Assembly (NCBI GenBank): GCA_030745875.1
Contig: JASLNT010000083.1
Span: 3,501 to 67,500, forward strand
Direction: 5' to 3'
DNA length: 64,000 nt
From: Phycisphaerae bacterium
GTDB lineage: Bacteria; Planctomycetota; Phycisphaerae; SM23-33
Positions 20,615 to 30,359 of the stretch are shown here, piece by piece. A program made the translations under genes and the position numbers. Numbering within the stretch: the stretch's first letter is position 1; every line of letters starts with the position of its first letter. A model generated the notes under the pieces. That model saw only the letters and a list, made by a program, of their open reading frames with translations. It made no database searches and was not told the DNA's origin.

Positions 20615-20977
20615 TTAGACGTCGGTTACTGTGCAACGGGACGTGTCGGACTCCCAGATCGTTATCGCCGAAAGTCCCGGCAGGTTCGGGGCGATCTTTC
20701 GCCATAGATACCGCCCCAGCAGTTCGCTGGTGGAATTGGCCAGCCCCGGAATGTCGTTCAGGTTGCGATGGTCCAACTCGTCAAGGACGGTTCCGACCAC
20801 GCGTTTGATGTCTCCGAAATCGATCACCCATCCTGTTTCCGGATCGGGAGCGCCGGTGACATGTACGTCAACGCGATAACTGTGTCCGTGAAGACGGCTG
20901 CACTTGTGCTCCTGTGGAACGTTTGGCAGGGAATGCGCCGCCTCGAATCGGAACGTTTTAACCAGTTCTGCTTGCAT
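20615..20977 (-). CDS. queD: 6-carboxytetrahydropterin synthase
   Basis: FEAAH, CSRLHGHSY, DFG and LDH..LN motifs. Confidence 0.93.
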   Translation of the reverse strand: MQAELVKTFRFEAAHSLPNVPQEHKCSRLHGHSYRVDVHVTGAPDPETGWVIDFGDIKRVVGTVLDELDHRNLNDIPGLANSTSELLGRYLWRKIAPNLPGLSAITIWESDTSRCTVTDV

Positions 20978-20981
20978 TTCT

Positions 20982-21632
20982 TTAGACTCCGTGGTCTTTG
21001 TCCGGCCAGATGATCTTATGCAATTGTACGCCCATCCGCACGGGTAAATTGTCTTGGAGTATCCATTGCGCCAGGTCCGCCGGGTCGATGAGTCCGGCCG
21101 CGGGAGAGAAGATAACCGTGCAGCGATCGTTCAGCGAATGTTTGGTTACTGTGTTCTGGGCGAAGTCGTAGTCTTCGCGAGAGGCGATTACGAACTTCAC
21201 CTCGTCGGTTGAGCGAAGGTGTTTGATGTTGGCCCACAAGATCCGGTCGGTCTGGTCGCTGCTGGGGCATTTGAGATCGACTATGCGAACCACTCGTTCA
21301 TCAATCTGCGATATGTCCAGCGAACCGTTGGTTTCCAGCAGGGTCTCGAATCCGGCGTCACAGAACGCCTCCAGGAGTTCGGCGGCTCCGCTCTGATGAA
21401 GCGGTTCTCCACCGGTCAACTCCACTAGTGGGCAGCCGAGCCGGCTGACATGCGTGAGTATGTCGTCCACGGACATCTCATCGCCTTCGGTTATGGCATG
21501 GCGTGTGTCGCACCAGGAGCAGTCCAGATTACACCCGGTAAGCCGCACCAGCACGCAAGGAACTCCCGCACGAGTTCCCTCTCCCTGTATGCTCAGTATT
21601 ATCTCATTTACTATGAGGCGGTTGTTTTGCAA
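20982..21632 (-). CDS. queE: 7-carboxy-7-deazaguanine synthase (radical SAM)
   Basis: SIQGEG, GCNLDCSWCDT, TGGEP, ETNG and QLHK motifs; adjacent to queD. Confidence 0.92.
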   Translation of the reverse strand: MQNNRLIVNEIILSIQGEGTRAGVPCVLVRLTGCNLDCSWCDTRHAITEGDEMSVDDILTHVSRLGCPLVELTGGEPLHQSGAAELLEAFCDAGFETLLETNGSLDISQIDERVVRIVDLKCPSSDQTDRILWANIKHLRSTDEVKFVIASREDYDFAQNTVTKHSLNDRCTVIFSPAAGLIDPADLAQWILQDNLPVRMGVQLHKIIWPDKDHGV

Positions 21633-21647
21633 TGTACGATCTCTGCG

Positions 21648-22940
21648 TTAGTGTTTTCGTCGATTGAGCAGGCGCAGGGGCCAGGGCTTCCGCCCGAGCA
21701 CTCTAGGGCGCCACAGTGCGTCGATTGTCGGTGTGAAGGTGTTCATCGCCAGGATCGCCGTGAAACACGCAAACGGAACCATCCAGAACATCCTGAGGCA
21801 CATAGCGACCACGCCGCATCCGATTCCGAATATGATCTGTCCGCCCGTAGTGCTTGGTCGGCAGGTCATTTCAGTAGCCAGGAAGAACGCCGCCAGCATC
21901 AATTCACCAGTAAGCAACTGATAGCATACGTAGACGAATCCCACGTCGAATCCTTCGGACACAATAGGCATCCACACTTTGTGGGCCTGTCCATCGGGTC
22001 GGGCCAGGTAAACCGGCGCTATTGCCGCCACGACTGCCGCCGACAGGATGAAAGCCACCGGCAACTGCCACTTGACGTAATGTCTATAGACCAGATACAA
22101 GCCCGCGACGATGATGACAATGATGCATGTTTCCCCGATTGCTCCGGTCCGTGCGCCGTAAAGGAGCTCATTTATGCGGGGCATCTGCATTATGACGGAC
22201 GGCTTGAGTTGTTTCATGTCAGGCAGATGGTCTTTGGGCGGGGGGGGTTGACCGTGGCGATATGCTCTTCGGCCGTGCCTGAAGGCAAGAACGCTGAATG
22301 CAGGCTCTTCGGCGTTGGCGAGTTCCATGAGCAGCGCTCCGGGCGGTCTGGTGCGGAATGCGTGTACGTCGGACGGCGTGGTGGCTTCAGCCCATTTACG
22401 CAATTCTCTGGGTGGTCCGGTGATCGTGATGTCTCCGGTAACCAGTTGCCGACGAGCAAGGATCGACCAATGCCTCGGATTCGCTACGGAAGGAAAGACC
22501 ACCACCACCGCCAGCCATCCCACCAGTGCGGGCTGCCATAGGAAATGCCCGACACCGCCGAACATGACCTTACCGACGATAATGGCGAAGGCGGCTCCTA
22601 TCAGCGGTACGTACCACGGTACGAATGCAGGCAGCGTAAGGGCCAGGAGCAGCCCGGTTAGGTACGCGTGCGAGCGCCCCAGGAGAGCGGGCGTTCGCGT
22701 TACGGCGTAGTAACCACGTTCGATAAGAGCGCACGATGTAATAGAGATTATTGCGACAATCAGCGCCCTCCATCCAAACAGCACGACACCGGCGAGCAGC
22801 GGACCGCATGCGGCGGCGAAAGTCACCGCAAAAATCGTTCGGACGGCTTCGGGAGCCCGGTAAAACGGAGCCGTGTAAACCGCGGCCGGATCGAGTGTCG
22901 AACCGCCCGAAGGCAAGTTATCTGTCTTGGAGGCCGTCAT
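21648..22940 (-). CDS. rnfD: RnfD/RsxD-like membrane subunit (divergent)
   Basis: LLLALTLP, KVMFGGVG..WQPALVG, GAIGET and AFFLATE motifs; canonical [S/T]GAT flavinylation motif not seen. Confidence 0.75.
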   Translation of the reverse strand: MTASKTDNLPSGGSTLDPAAVYTAPFYRAPEAVRTIFAVTFAAACGPLLAGVVLFGWRALIVAIISITSCALIERGYYAVTRTPALLGRSHAYLTGLLLALTLPAFVPWYVPLIGAAFAIIVGKVMFGGVGHFLWQPALVGWLAVVVVFPSVANPRHWSILARRQLVTGDITITGPPRELRKWAEATTPSDVHAFRTRPPGALLMELANAEEPAFSVLAFRHGRRAYRHGQPPPPKDHLPDMKQLKPSVIMQMPRINELLYGARTGAIGETCIIVIIVAGLYLVYRHYVKWQLPVAFILSAAVVAAIAPVYLARPDGQAHKVWMPIVSEGFDVGFVYVCYQLLTGELMLAAFFLATEMTCRPSTTGGQIIFGIGCGVVAMCLRMFWMVPFACFTAILAMNTFTPTIDALWRPRVLGRKPWPLRLLNRRKH

Positions 22941-22942
22941 CG

Positions 22943-24274
22943 CTATTGGGACCTCTTATCTCCGGCTGTTGTAGCGTGGATTGCGGCCAGTTTCAGTTGG
23001 CGGACCCGCTGCATTAGCGGCAGGCGTGCGGGGCAGATGTAGCTGCATACGCCGCAGCCGACGCACGCCGAGACGTCAGATCGTCTGGCGTGTTCAACCA
23101 GCGATAATTCGAAATCGTCGTTCAATGCTGCTACGTTAAGACGTGCGGGGCAGTGATCTGTGCACCACCCGCATCGTATGCATTGGCTCGACGGCGTGTA
23201 GGGGCTTGGTGTTATCGACAGTACGGCGTCGGTGGCCGGTGTTACAACCGTTGTGTCATTGCACAGCATCCCGACCAGAGGCCCGCCGTGTATGACGATC
23301 GGATCGTCTGAGTCAATGACATCCAGGCACCGTGTTCCAAACGGCAGGAAGTAGTTTCCGTCTTTGTGTCTGGTCGAGCCGGAAACGGTGACTATGCGTC
23401 CGGCGAGTCTCTGGGCGCAGGCTGTCCAGCGGTATACCGCGAAGCATGTTGCTGGATCAATAACCGCTACTTGCACGTCCATGGGTGTCCGGCCGGGGGG
23501 GACGCTTCGTCTGGTAAGTACTTTGGTGAGTATCGTATCGGCTTCGGTGGGGTATTTGTGTGAGAGAGCTACTTGGGTGATGTTGTATTCAGCGGCCGGA
23601 GCCGCAAGATCGCGATAGGCGTCTGTGCGACGCCGCGGAACCACCAATGCTGCGTTGTTTATTCCAGTGGCGCGGGCCAATATCGCCAAACCCTCGACCA
23701 CCTCGCGACCGAATTCAACCAAGAGACGGTGATTCGTGGTCACCAGGGGCTGCTGTTCCATTGCGTTTGCAACAAGCAGATCGCAGGATTTGGAACGCGC
23801 CTGGAGCACCCACCGGGCCAATGGAATCGCGCCGCGACAGTGGACCATGATTTGCCCCTCGGTGATACGATCCCAAAGGGCCGCTTCGTCGAGATTACGC
23901 CAGTTCGGTTTAATCGGATCATCCTTGGGCAACTCGATCGTCGAAGTGATTTTCAAATCGATGGCTTGCGACATTCTCATGCTGTATCGCCCGGCGACTT
24001 CAACAGTGGATAAACCGGTTACTATCCCACCAGCCGGTGCGAAGATGTCGGGTGTTTCATTACCGGCGGCTGCGATGAGTTCGCCCGCAGTGACTTTCTG
24101 ACCTTCTTCTACGACAGGAGAAACGGGCGCACCTTCGTTTCGCCCCAAAGGCAGTGACAGTCGCTTTTCCCGGTCCCAAACTCCGATCGGAGCGTTGAGC
24201 GTAGAGCCCTTGTCGTCGGGCAGGTCTATCCCGCCGGAGAACGTTCCAAATCGTCTAATCTTGGGGCCACGCAT
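22943..24274 (-). CDS. rnfC: RnfC/RsxC-like subunit (divergent) with 2x[4Fe-4S]
   Basis: N-terminal FSGGI..PDDK, KYP, GGPL, CIRCGWCTDHCP and CVGCGVCSYICP; the FMN/NADH glycine loop is degenerate. Confidence 0.75.
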   Translation of the reverse strand: MRGPKIRRFGTFSGGIDLPDDKGSTLNAPIGVWDREKRLSLPLGRNEGAPVSPVVEEGQKVTAGELIAAAGNETPDIFAPAGGIVTGLSTVEVAGRYSMRMSQAIDLKITSTIELPKDDPIKPNWRNLDEAALWDRITEGQIMVHCRGAIPLARWVLQARSKSCDLLVANAMEQQPLVTTNHRLLVEFGREVVEGLAILARATGINNAALVVPRRRTDAYRDLAAPAAEYNITQVALSHKYPTEADTILTKVLTRRSVPPGRTPMDVQVAVIDPATCFAVYRWTACAQRLAGRIVTVSGSTRHKDGNYFLPFGTRCLDVIDSDDPIVIHGGPLVGMLCNDTTVVTPATDAVLSITPSPYTPSSQCIRCGWCTDHCPARLNVAALNDDFELSLVEHARRSDVSACVGCGVCSYICPARLPLMQRVRQLKLAAIHATTAGDKRSQ

Positions 24275-24350
24275 TACTGAATGGTACCGGATGCGACCGC
24301 CCGGGTCCAGAACCGCCGCTGCTGCGTATGAACTACCGGATTTGGTCGGC

Positions 24351-25367
24351 TTATGGGTTCTTGGCGGATCGCTGTTGGAACTGTGCTTTCAGCGAAGGAT
24401 TCACGAATTCCACGTTTGCGGCTTCTGAGAGTTTCTCGAGCAGACGGTTCCCTGCGCTGCGGATCATCTGCTCCTTGAGTTCGGTGGCGATTTTGTCCTT
24501 CTCGTCAGCGTACTTGACCTTCTTGGGTTCAATTATCTTGTCGAGCCTGAGTACGTGGAATCGGCTTGCGACCTGAACCGGATCTGAAATCTCTCCAATC
24601 TTTGTCATCGCCAGGGCGACTTGCTTCAGGGCTGGCGACACTTGCGTCGTGTTCTGACCGATCGGGGGGAGTTGGCCTCCGGTCTTGCCGGTGGGATTCA
24701 CAGAGTATTGCTTGGCTAGAGCGGCGAAATCCCTCGTGGCGGCCAGAGATTTAACCAGCTTTGCGACCACGTGTTCCTTGGTCTCCACATGGCTTACGAC
24801 GACCATTCGTCCGTGCCGCTTGTCGAATGCGGCGCGCACGGCCTCGTCCGGGACCTCAAAATCCGCGCCGATCATCTTGCGGAGGAGAGCGTTCCGCCGC
24901 ATGATCAGCGCCCATGTACTGTACGTGACGTTGCGCGACGTGAGCAACTGGTTCAGCATCTGCTGGCGTTCGGCGTCGCTGTTGGCCATGGCAAACGTCA
25001 GTTTCAACGCCCGCTCATGTTCTTCTTCAACCTCTTTGTCGCTTACTATAATGCCCTTTGAAGACGCCGCCTGCTTGACGATCTCCGTACGAAGTATCTG
25101 TTGAGCGATCGCCAATCCATACCCATCGACGAGTATGCTGTGGAGTTGGTCCATCGCGATTGATTTGCCGTTTATGACGGCCATTACTTCACTGGGCGCT
25201 CGAATGACGGCGGGGGCTGGTTTGTTGATCGGCGGAACGGTCGGCTGCGTAGTGGCGGCCTTCGGCGGATCGGCAGGGGGCGGGGGGGGCGGTGAGCTGC
25301 GGATCCAGCCGCATCCTAGAACGCCCGTCAGTATCGAGAATACCATGACTGCTAAAACTGTTCGCAT
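24351..25367 (-). CDS. PrsA/SurA-like parvulin-type foldase lipoprotein
   Basis: Lipobox-like VLGC; FAALAKQYS, GGQL and GEISDPV...FHVLRL motifs. Confidence 0.8.
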   Translation of the reverse strand: MRTVLAVMVFSILTGVLGCGWIRSSPPPPPPADPPKAATTQPTVPPINKPAPAVIRAPSEVMAVINGKSIAMDQLHSILVDGYGLAIAQQILRTEIVKQAASSKGIIVSDKEVEEEHERALKLTFAMANSDAERQQMLNQLLTSRNVTYSTWALIMRRNALLRKMIGADFEVPDEAVRAAFDKRHGRMVVVSHVETKEHVVAKLVKSLAATRDFAALAKQYSVNPTGKTGGQLPPIGQNTTQVSPALKQVALAMTKIGEISDPVQVASRFHVLRLDKIIEPKKVKYADEKDKIATELKEQMIRSAGNRLLEKLSEAANVEFVNPSLKAQFQQRSAKNP

Positions 25368-25421
25368 AGGTTGTTTCCTCTGGGACCAGAGTATCGTCGC
25401 GGGGCTTTGGCGTCAATGGCG

Positions 25422-27800
25422 TTAGCTGTGCAATGAACCCTTCTGGCCGGTGCGCCCCGTTAATGCGATGAAAGCAGGAAGCACCAACGGTCGTACTACG
25501 AACGAATCGATCAGCATTCCCAGCGCCATCGCAAATCCAAGTTGTTTCAGCAGCGCCATGTCGCCGACCATCAGGCTTCCAAGAGTTGCGGCCATTATTA
25601 GCCCGCACGAGGATATCACCGGACCGGTGTAGACGATCGCGTGTCGACAGGCTCGCCGCGGTTTCATGCGGCGGGCTTCCTGAGAAACTCTCGCCGCTAG
25701 GAAGATATTATAGTCCTGCCCGACGGCCATCATGATCACAAACAGGAATATTTCCACTTTCCAGTCAAGCCCCGCAACGCCGAGCAGGCCGGTGAACACC
25801 CAGTATGTGATCCCGAGAGTACTCCAATAGCTTAGCAGCGTGGAAAAGACCATGAATCCTGAAAGTATCACATCCTTCAGCAGCAGCCATACAATTAGGA
25901 ATATCACACCCAACGCCAAAGCCGCAATGCGGTAGAAGTCGGCGCTGGTTACGGTGCGGATATCCATGGTTTGGGCGGTGGCTCCGGCGATGTGCACGCT
26001 GGCCTTGAAGTTCTCGGCGGTGAGTTGATCGACCAGTACGTTCCGTATTTCCGCCACTATGCTCATCGCCTGAATTGTCATTGCAGGCTTGTCCAGAATG
26101 ATCTCGAGCCGCATGGCCGTGCGGTCGGCGCTGACATACTCCTTGAAAGTTCTGGCCCTCACGCCATTTCGCACCAATTTGGCGGCCAGCAGTCGTGCTT
26201 CCTCCTCAAGTATGTCCATCATGCTGCGCTGCTTTGGTTGGGATTGCGGTGCGTCGGGCGGATTGTCCGTTAACGCTGCTTCAAAAAGCTCCCTGGTTGC
26301 GCTGTCAATGTCCCTGCCCAGAGGCGTAGTGAGGCTGCGGATATCGTGAACCGCTTTGGTTGGACTGTTGCTGATGTCACTGATCGCAGAATCTATTCTC
26401 TCCGATAGCCCCAGCCACCGTTTATCTTCAACCTCGACCGAGTCGGTTGATTCTATAAGCACGTTTACTGGTGCGATCTCGCCGATAGGCCAGTGGGCCT
26501 GCACTGTTCTTGCTCCCTGTGCGGCCTCGTAGCTGCCGTCCAGGTCCGCAAGCGTGTCGTACATCCATCTCAGATTGGCCCCCCTGACGGCGGGAATCGT
26601 AAGCAGCACCAACGCAATCGCCAGAACGGTTCCCGGTCGGGCCGTGACCACGGATGCGATACGTTGCCACACCACCGATCTTGCAGTGGCGAGCTTCTGA
26701 TCGACCCGACCCGGATGCGAAGGCCAGTATATCCGCTCGCCAATTATCACCACGACTGCAGGAACGAGCGTGACAACTGCAGACAAGGCCACGAGGAGCG
26801 CTACGGCGATGGCTGGTCCGGCGCTGCAGAATAGACCGTAGTTCGCGAATGTCAACATCATGAGTCCGGCGGTGTCCGTGCCGGCCGACGCAAGGAGCGC
26901 CGAGAATGTATGATTCAGTGCTTCGCTGGTGGCCTGGCGGTGCGGGAGGCCCGAAATGAGAAACTCGCGTTGGCGGCTCATCAGCAGCAACGTGTAGTCT
27001 GTTCCCGCGCCGTACAGGAGTACGATAGTGAAGATCGTCTCAGCCAGGCCAGTGCTCATGCCCAGATAAATGTTGCCCATTTTCAGAAGGGTAAGGGCGA
27101 TTATCGCTGCAGCCGATATCCCGCCCAACGGCACTAACGCTGCAAGCGGAGCCCGGTAGATCAACAGCAGGATAAGTACGACGGCGGCGATGGTTACGGC
27201 GAACGTGTGCAGGTGGCTCTTCTGGGCTGCGCGGGCGTAGTCCAGCCCGAATGCGCTGGATCCGGTTACCGAAGCCGACAAACCTTCGGGAAATCCGGGT
27301 TCCTCTTCGGCTAGGATCGATCGAACGTGTCTGACAATTCGCGCCGATCGTGACGTGATGAAATTTGCGGGGATGTTAATTCTGATCAGCGCGGCTTGCC
27401 CATCCGGGGTGGCCTTGGCGATGTAAGGGTTACTTTTGCGGGGAACGAGGAGGGCGTGTGGACTTCTGAAACTCACGCCGTCGAGATCCTCGGGTCCGCT
27501 TAATTCGTCCGATCGTTTGGCGATTCGTTCAGCCAGAGCTTTGATAGCAGCGAAGTCCTTCTCGGTAAGCGCCTGTCCTCTGCGACGGAGAACGACTACT
27601 GCTTCGGACAGTCCAACGGTGTGGCCGAAGTGTGTGGTGAGCTTGGTAACCGCCATGCGAGTAGGCGTCTCGGGCGGCAGGAAGGAAGTAGGCTCCTTGC
27701 GCGCAGAGCTCTCATCCGGTTTCAGACAGATCGCCAAGGCGACCGCAAGAAGCCATGCGATCACTATGGGCCAACGGTATTTCGCAACGAATTCGCCTAT
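25422..27800 (-). CDS. MMPL family (RND) transporter
   Basis: Two TM bundles, GAGTDY and AVGQDYNIFL motifs, G.VISSCGLIMAAT. Start is either GTG 27764 or a non-canonical ATA at 27800. Confidence 0.85.
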   Translation of the reverse strand: MGEFVAKYRWPIVIAWLLAVALAICLKPDESSARKEPTSFLPPETPTRMAVTKLTTHFGHTVGLSEAVVVLRRRGQALTEKDFAAIKALAERIAKRSDELSGPEDLDGVSFRSPHALLVPRKSNPYIAKATPDGQAALIRINIPANFITSRSARIVRHVRSILAEEEPGFPEGLSASVTGSSAFGLDYARAAQKSHLHTFAVTIAAVVLILLLIYRAPLAALVPLGGISAAAIIALTLLKMGNIYLGMSTGLAETIFTIVLLYGAGTDYTLLLMSRQREFLISGLPHRQATSEALNHTFSALLASAGTDTAGLMMLTFANYGLFCSAGPAIAVALLVALSAVVTLVPAVVVIIGERIYWPSHPGRVDQKLATARSVVWQRIASVVTARPGTVLAIALVLLTIPAVRGANLRWMYDTLADLDGSYEAAQGARTVQAHWPIGEIAPVNVLIESTDSVEVEDKRWLGLSERIDSAISDISNSPTKAVHDIRSLTTPLGRDIDSATRELFEAALTDNPPDAPQSQPKQRSMMDILEEEARLLAAKLVRNGVRARTFKEYVSADRTAMRLEIILDKPAMTIQAMSIVAEIRNVLVDQLTAENFKASVHIAGATAQTMDIRTVTSADFYRIAALALGVIFLIVWLLLKDVILSGFMVFSTLLSYWSTLGITYWVFTGLLGVAGLDWKVEIFLFVIMMAVGQDYNIFLAARVSQEARRMKPRRACRHAIVYTGPVISSCGLIMAATLGSLMVGDMALLKQLGFAMALGMLIDSFVVRPLVLPAFIALTGRTGQKGSLHS

Positions 27801-27930
27801 CGGTTTGCTCCCGTATTATCCGTCCCTCCTGTGCGATGCAGGACAGAAGTTAGCGATTCTACCCTCGTCGGGCAAGCGGACTTCTCCGATAATCTTTGTT
27901 TGCCCCCGCCGCCAGGCCGTTCTGTGTTTC

Positions 27931-28968
27931 TCACATCTTGACTTTGATTCCGCTTTCCTTCCAAGTTTTGACCAGATCGGAGAACTCCTTCAGTAGGATT
28001 TTGGTCTGGTTGGCGGCGTCCTGGAGGTTGTTGTAAAGTTTAGGATCGCTAAGCAACCTGCCCGCCGTGCCTTCGCCTTTTTCCAGCTTTAGAGCCACCC
28101 GGTTAATCGTCGACAACAGTGTTGAAATCTTCTCGGCGTCGTCGATGAGCTTCAGAGCAAGTTGATCCACGCGCTTGCCGACTGCTTCTGCGGATCCGGA
28201 CGCCTTGACGAACGATTTGCGAGTTTCGTCGGCAAAATCTTTCATCGCCTCCATTGCCTTGTTGGCTTTGTCTGTCGCAGTCGCGAGATTCGCCAGCGAG
28301 GCCTTGATGTTGGTCTGGTTTTCGACATCTCCGAATATTTTCGCCAAACCCTCCAGAGTCGCGTCGAGGTTGCGTAATGTTCCAGCCAAGCCCTTGCGCC
28401 TCGTAGTGGCGGCCGGGGACGTACTTGGCCCGGTGGTTGTCGCAGGTCCGTCCTCGGTCTCCAAGAGCTTGTTGAGGTTCGCCGCGAGTGTCGACAGACC
28501 TTCCAACGCCGGAGCTAATTCATCGGGGAGCATGCTCGCCTGCTTTGCGTGGCCGACAATTGTGTCAGGCGTGGTTTTGGAGAGATTCGAGTCCTTTCCC
28601 GGCGGTATGTCGCCCTCGATGGAGAACTCAAGCCACGGGCGCCCCACAAACGCCGGCTTGGTCACCCATAGCACAGTATTTGACGGCAGGGTTATTTCCC
28701 GGTCGATCAGTGCAGTCAGCGTCACTCCCTTGTACGGGTCTTGCGGATCTGTAAACGACAGTTCTGAGACCGTACCCACTGCCTTTCCCGCGAGATGTAT
28801 CTTGTCTCCGATCTCCACCTGGGCTCTGGCTTCCATGCGGACTCGCAAGCTGTACCCGCTTTTCAGCAGCGTTGGTAAGCCGGTAAACAGGATGATCATC
28901 CATCCCAGCAGCAACATCGCTACAATGACCGTCAGGCCAACCATCAGGTTCTTTGCGTGCTCTGTCAT
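27931..28968 (-). CDS. mlaD: MlaD/MCE family substrate-binding protein
   Basis: N-terminal TM helix, MCE-like beta domain, helical tail and GEGTAGRLLSDPKLYNNL. Confidence 0.85.
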   Translation of the reverse strand: MTEHAKNLMVGLTVIVAMLLLGWMIILFTGLPTLLKSGYSLRVRMEARAQVEIGDKIHLAGKAVGTVSELSFTDPQDPYKGVTLTALIDREITLPSNTVLWVTKPAFVGRPWLEFSIEGDIPPGKDSNLSKTTPDTIVGHAKQASMLPDELAPALEGLSTLAANLNKLLETEDGPATTTGPSTSPAATTRRKGLAGTLRNLDATLEGLAKIFGDVENQTNIKASLANLATATDKANKAMEAMKDFADETRKSFVKASGSAEAVGKRVDQLALKLIDDAEKISTLLSTINRVALKLEKGEGTAGRLLSDPKLYNNLQDAANQTKILLKEFSDLVKTWKESGIKVKM

Positions 28969-29774
28969 AAGCCTGGCTCCGTGCCCGTTGTGGTGAACTG
29001 TTCTGTTTGAAGTTCCGCCAGTTCTGCTTCGCTGGCCTGACCGTCTATGAATCTCATTACGGTTTCGTTATCAATGTCGTCCAGGCCTTCGGGGGTTGTG
29101 TCTACTATGAAATGCCCTTCATTAAGCATGACGATCCGATCGCCCACTTTTCTGGCCGAAGCCATGTCGTGCGTCACCACGATCGCTGTTGTGCCCAGGG
29201 CGTGTTGGAGCTTGATTATCAGTTCATTGATGAGGTCCGCGCGAATCGGATCGAGACCGGTGGTGGGTTCGTCGTAGAGGATGGCTTCAGGGCTCATGGC
29301 TATTGCTCGAGCGAGGGCGACGCGTTTCTTCTGACCGCCTGACAATTCCTCGGGAAACTGGTCCTGGAGCCCGTCGAGTCCCACCAGTGACAGGACGGTG
29401 CGGCACTTGGCTATTCGTTCAGCCCGCGTTCCGATGGCGTGTTCGTCGAGCGGGAAGCATACGTTTTGCCCAACCGTCATCGAGTCGAAGAGAGCTCCGC
29501 CCTGAAACAGGAATCCGATACGCGATCTGACCTTCGTGAGCTTGCGCTCGGGCAGTGCGGATACTTCGTAGTGGCGGAAGTAGACCTTGCCCTTGTCCGG
29601 TTTGAGCAATCCTACTATGTGTCGCAGCAGTACGCTCTTACCGCAACCGGATGGTCCGATGATTACGGTCGTTTCGTGCGGGGCGATATCGAGACTGACC
29701 CCGCAAAGAACAGGGTGTGAATTGAACGTCTTATACACGTTCTGCAATCTTATAACTGGTTCGGTCTGTGCCAT
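28965..29774 (-). CDS. mlaF: MlaF/Mkl-type ABC ATPase
   Basis: GPSGCGKS, FQGGALFDSMTV, LSGGQKKRVALARA and YDEPTTGLDP motifs. Confidence 0.88.
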   Translation of the reverse strand: MAQTEPVIRLQNVYKTFNSHPVLCGVSLDIAPHETTVIIGPSGCGKSVLLRHIVGLLKPDKGKVYFRHYEVSALPERKLTKVRSRIGFLFQGGALFDSMTVGQNVCFPLDEHAIGTRAERIAKCRTVLSLVGLDGLQDQFPEELSGGQKKRVALARAIAMSPEAILYDEPTTGLDPIRADLINELIIKLQHALGTTAIVVTHDMASARKVGDRIVMLNEGHFIVDTTPEGLDDIDNETVMRFIDGQASEAELAELQTEQFTTTGTEPGL

Positions 29775-29835
29775 TGTCACAAATGCCTGTATTCGGCCGG
29801 AGGGTCAGGCCGCATATGCATCCAATCGACCGGTG

Positions 29836-30300
29836 CTATGGATCTGTCAAGACCAGCATCATCGCGATTTCGTCGCAAGCTTCGGATTTGGAACACGCCA
29901 GACACTCTCGCCACACCTTCTCGGGCAGGTCGTGGCGGTCGATTACTTCAAATCCCTGTCGCTGGAAGAAGGCCTGCTCGTACGTCAGCGTAAAGAGCCT
30001 TCTTACGCCCATGCGACGGGCATCTTCAATGGCTGCTGACAGGAGACGTCCGCCGATGCCCTGTCCGACCATGTCGGGAGCGACAGCCAGCGATTTTACT
30101 TCCGCCAAATCGGACCAGAATATGTCCACCGCAACGCATCCGACGATCTGTCCGTTATCATCGCTGGCGACTTGGAATTCTCGCAATGCATTGTAGGCGC
30201 TCTCCATGCTTCTGTGGAGCATGAGACCTCGCTCGGCATAGTAGGTAATCAGCGAGCATATCGCTTCGGCGTCAACGGTTTGTGCATAGCGCAACATCAT
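29836..30300 (-). CDS. GNAT N-acetyltransferase (short ArgA-like amino-acid acetyltransferase)
   Basis: LAEVKSLAV, GQGIG, FTLTY..FF and LPEKVWRECLAC..CDE motifs. Confidence 0.8.
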   Translation of the reverse strand: MMLRYAQTVDAEAICSLITYYAERGLMLHRSMESAYNALREFQVASDDNGQIVGCVAVDIFWSDLAEVKSLAVAPDMVGQGIGGRLLSAAIEDARRMGVRRLFTLTYEQAFFQRQGFEVIDRHDLPEKVWRECLACSKSEACDEIAMMLVLTDP

Positions 30301-30359
30301 ATCTGATATTCTATATCCGGGCGGTGTCCGTGTGCTGAAAAAAATGGCTCGCCCGGCGT

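Noticed and set aside
17969-20977. queD next to zinc uptake genes as a Zur-regulated QueD2
   Set aside because: The protein looks like a short canonical QueD and no Zur box was evident.
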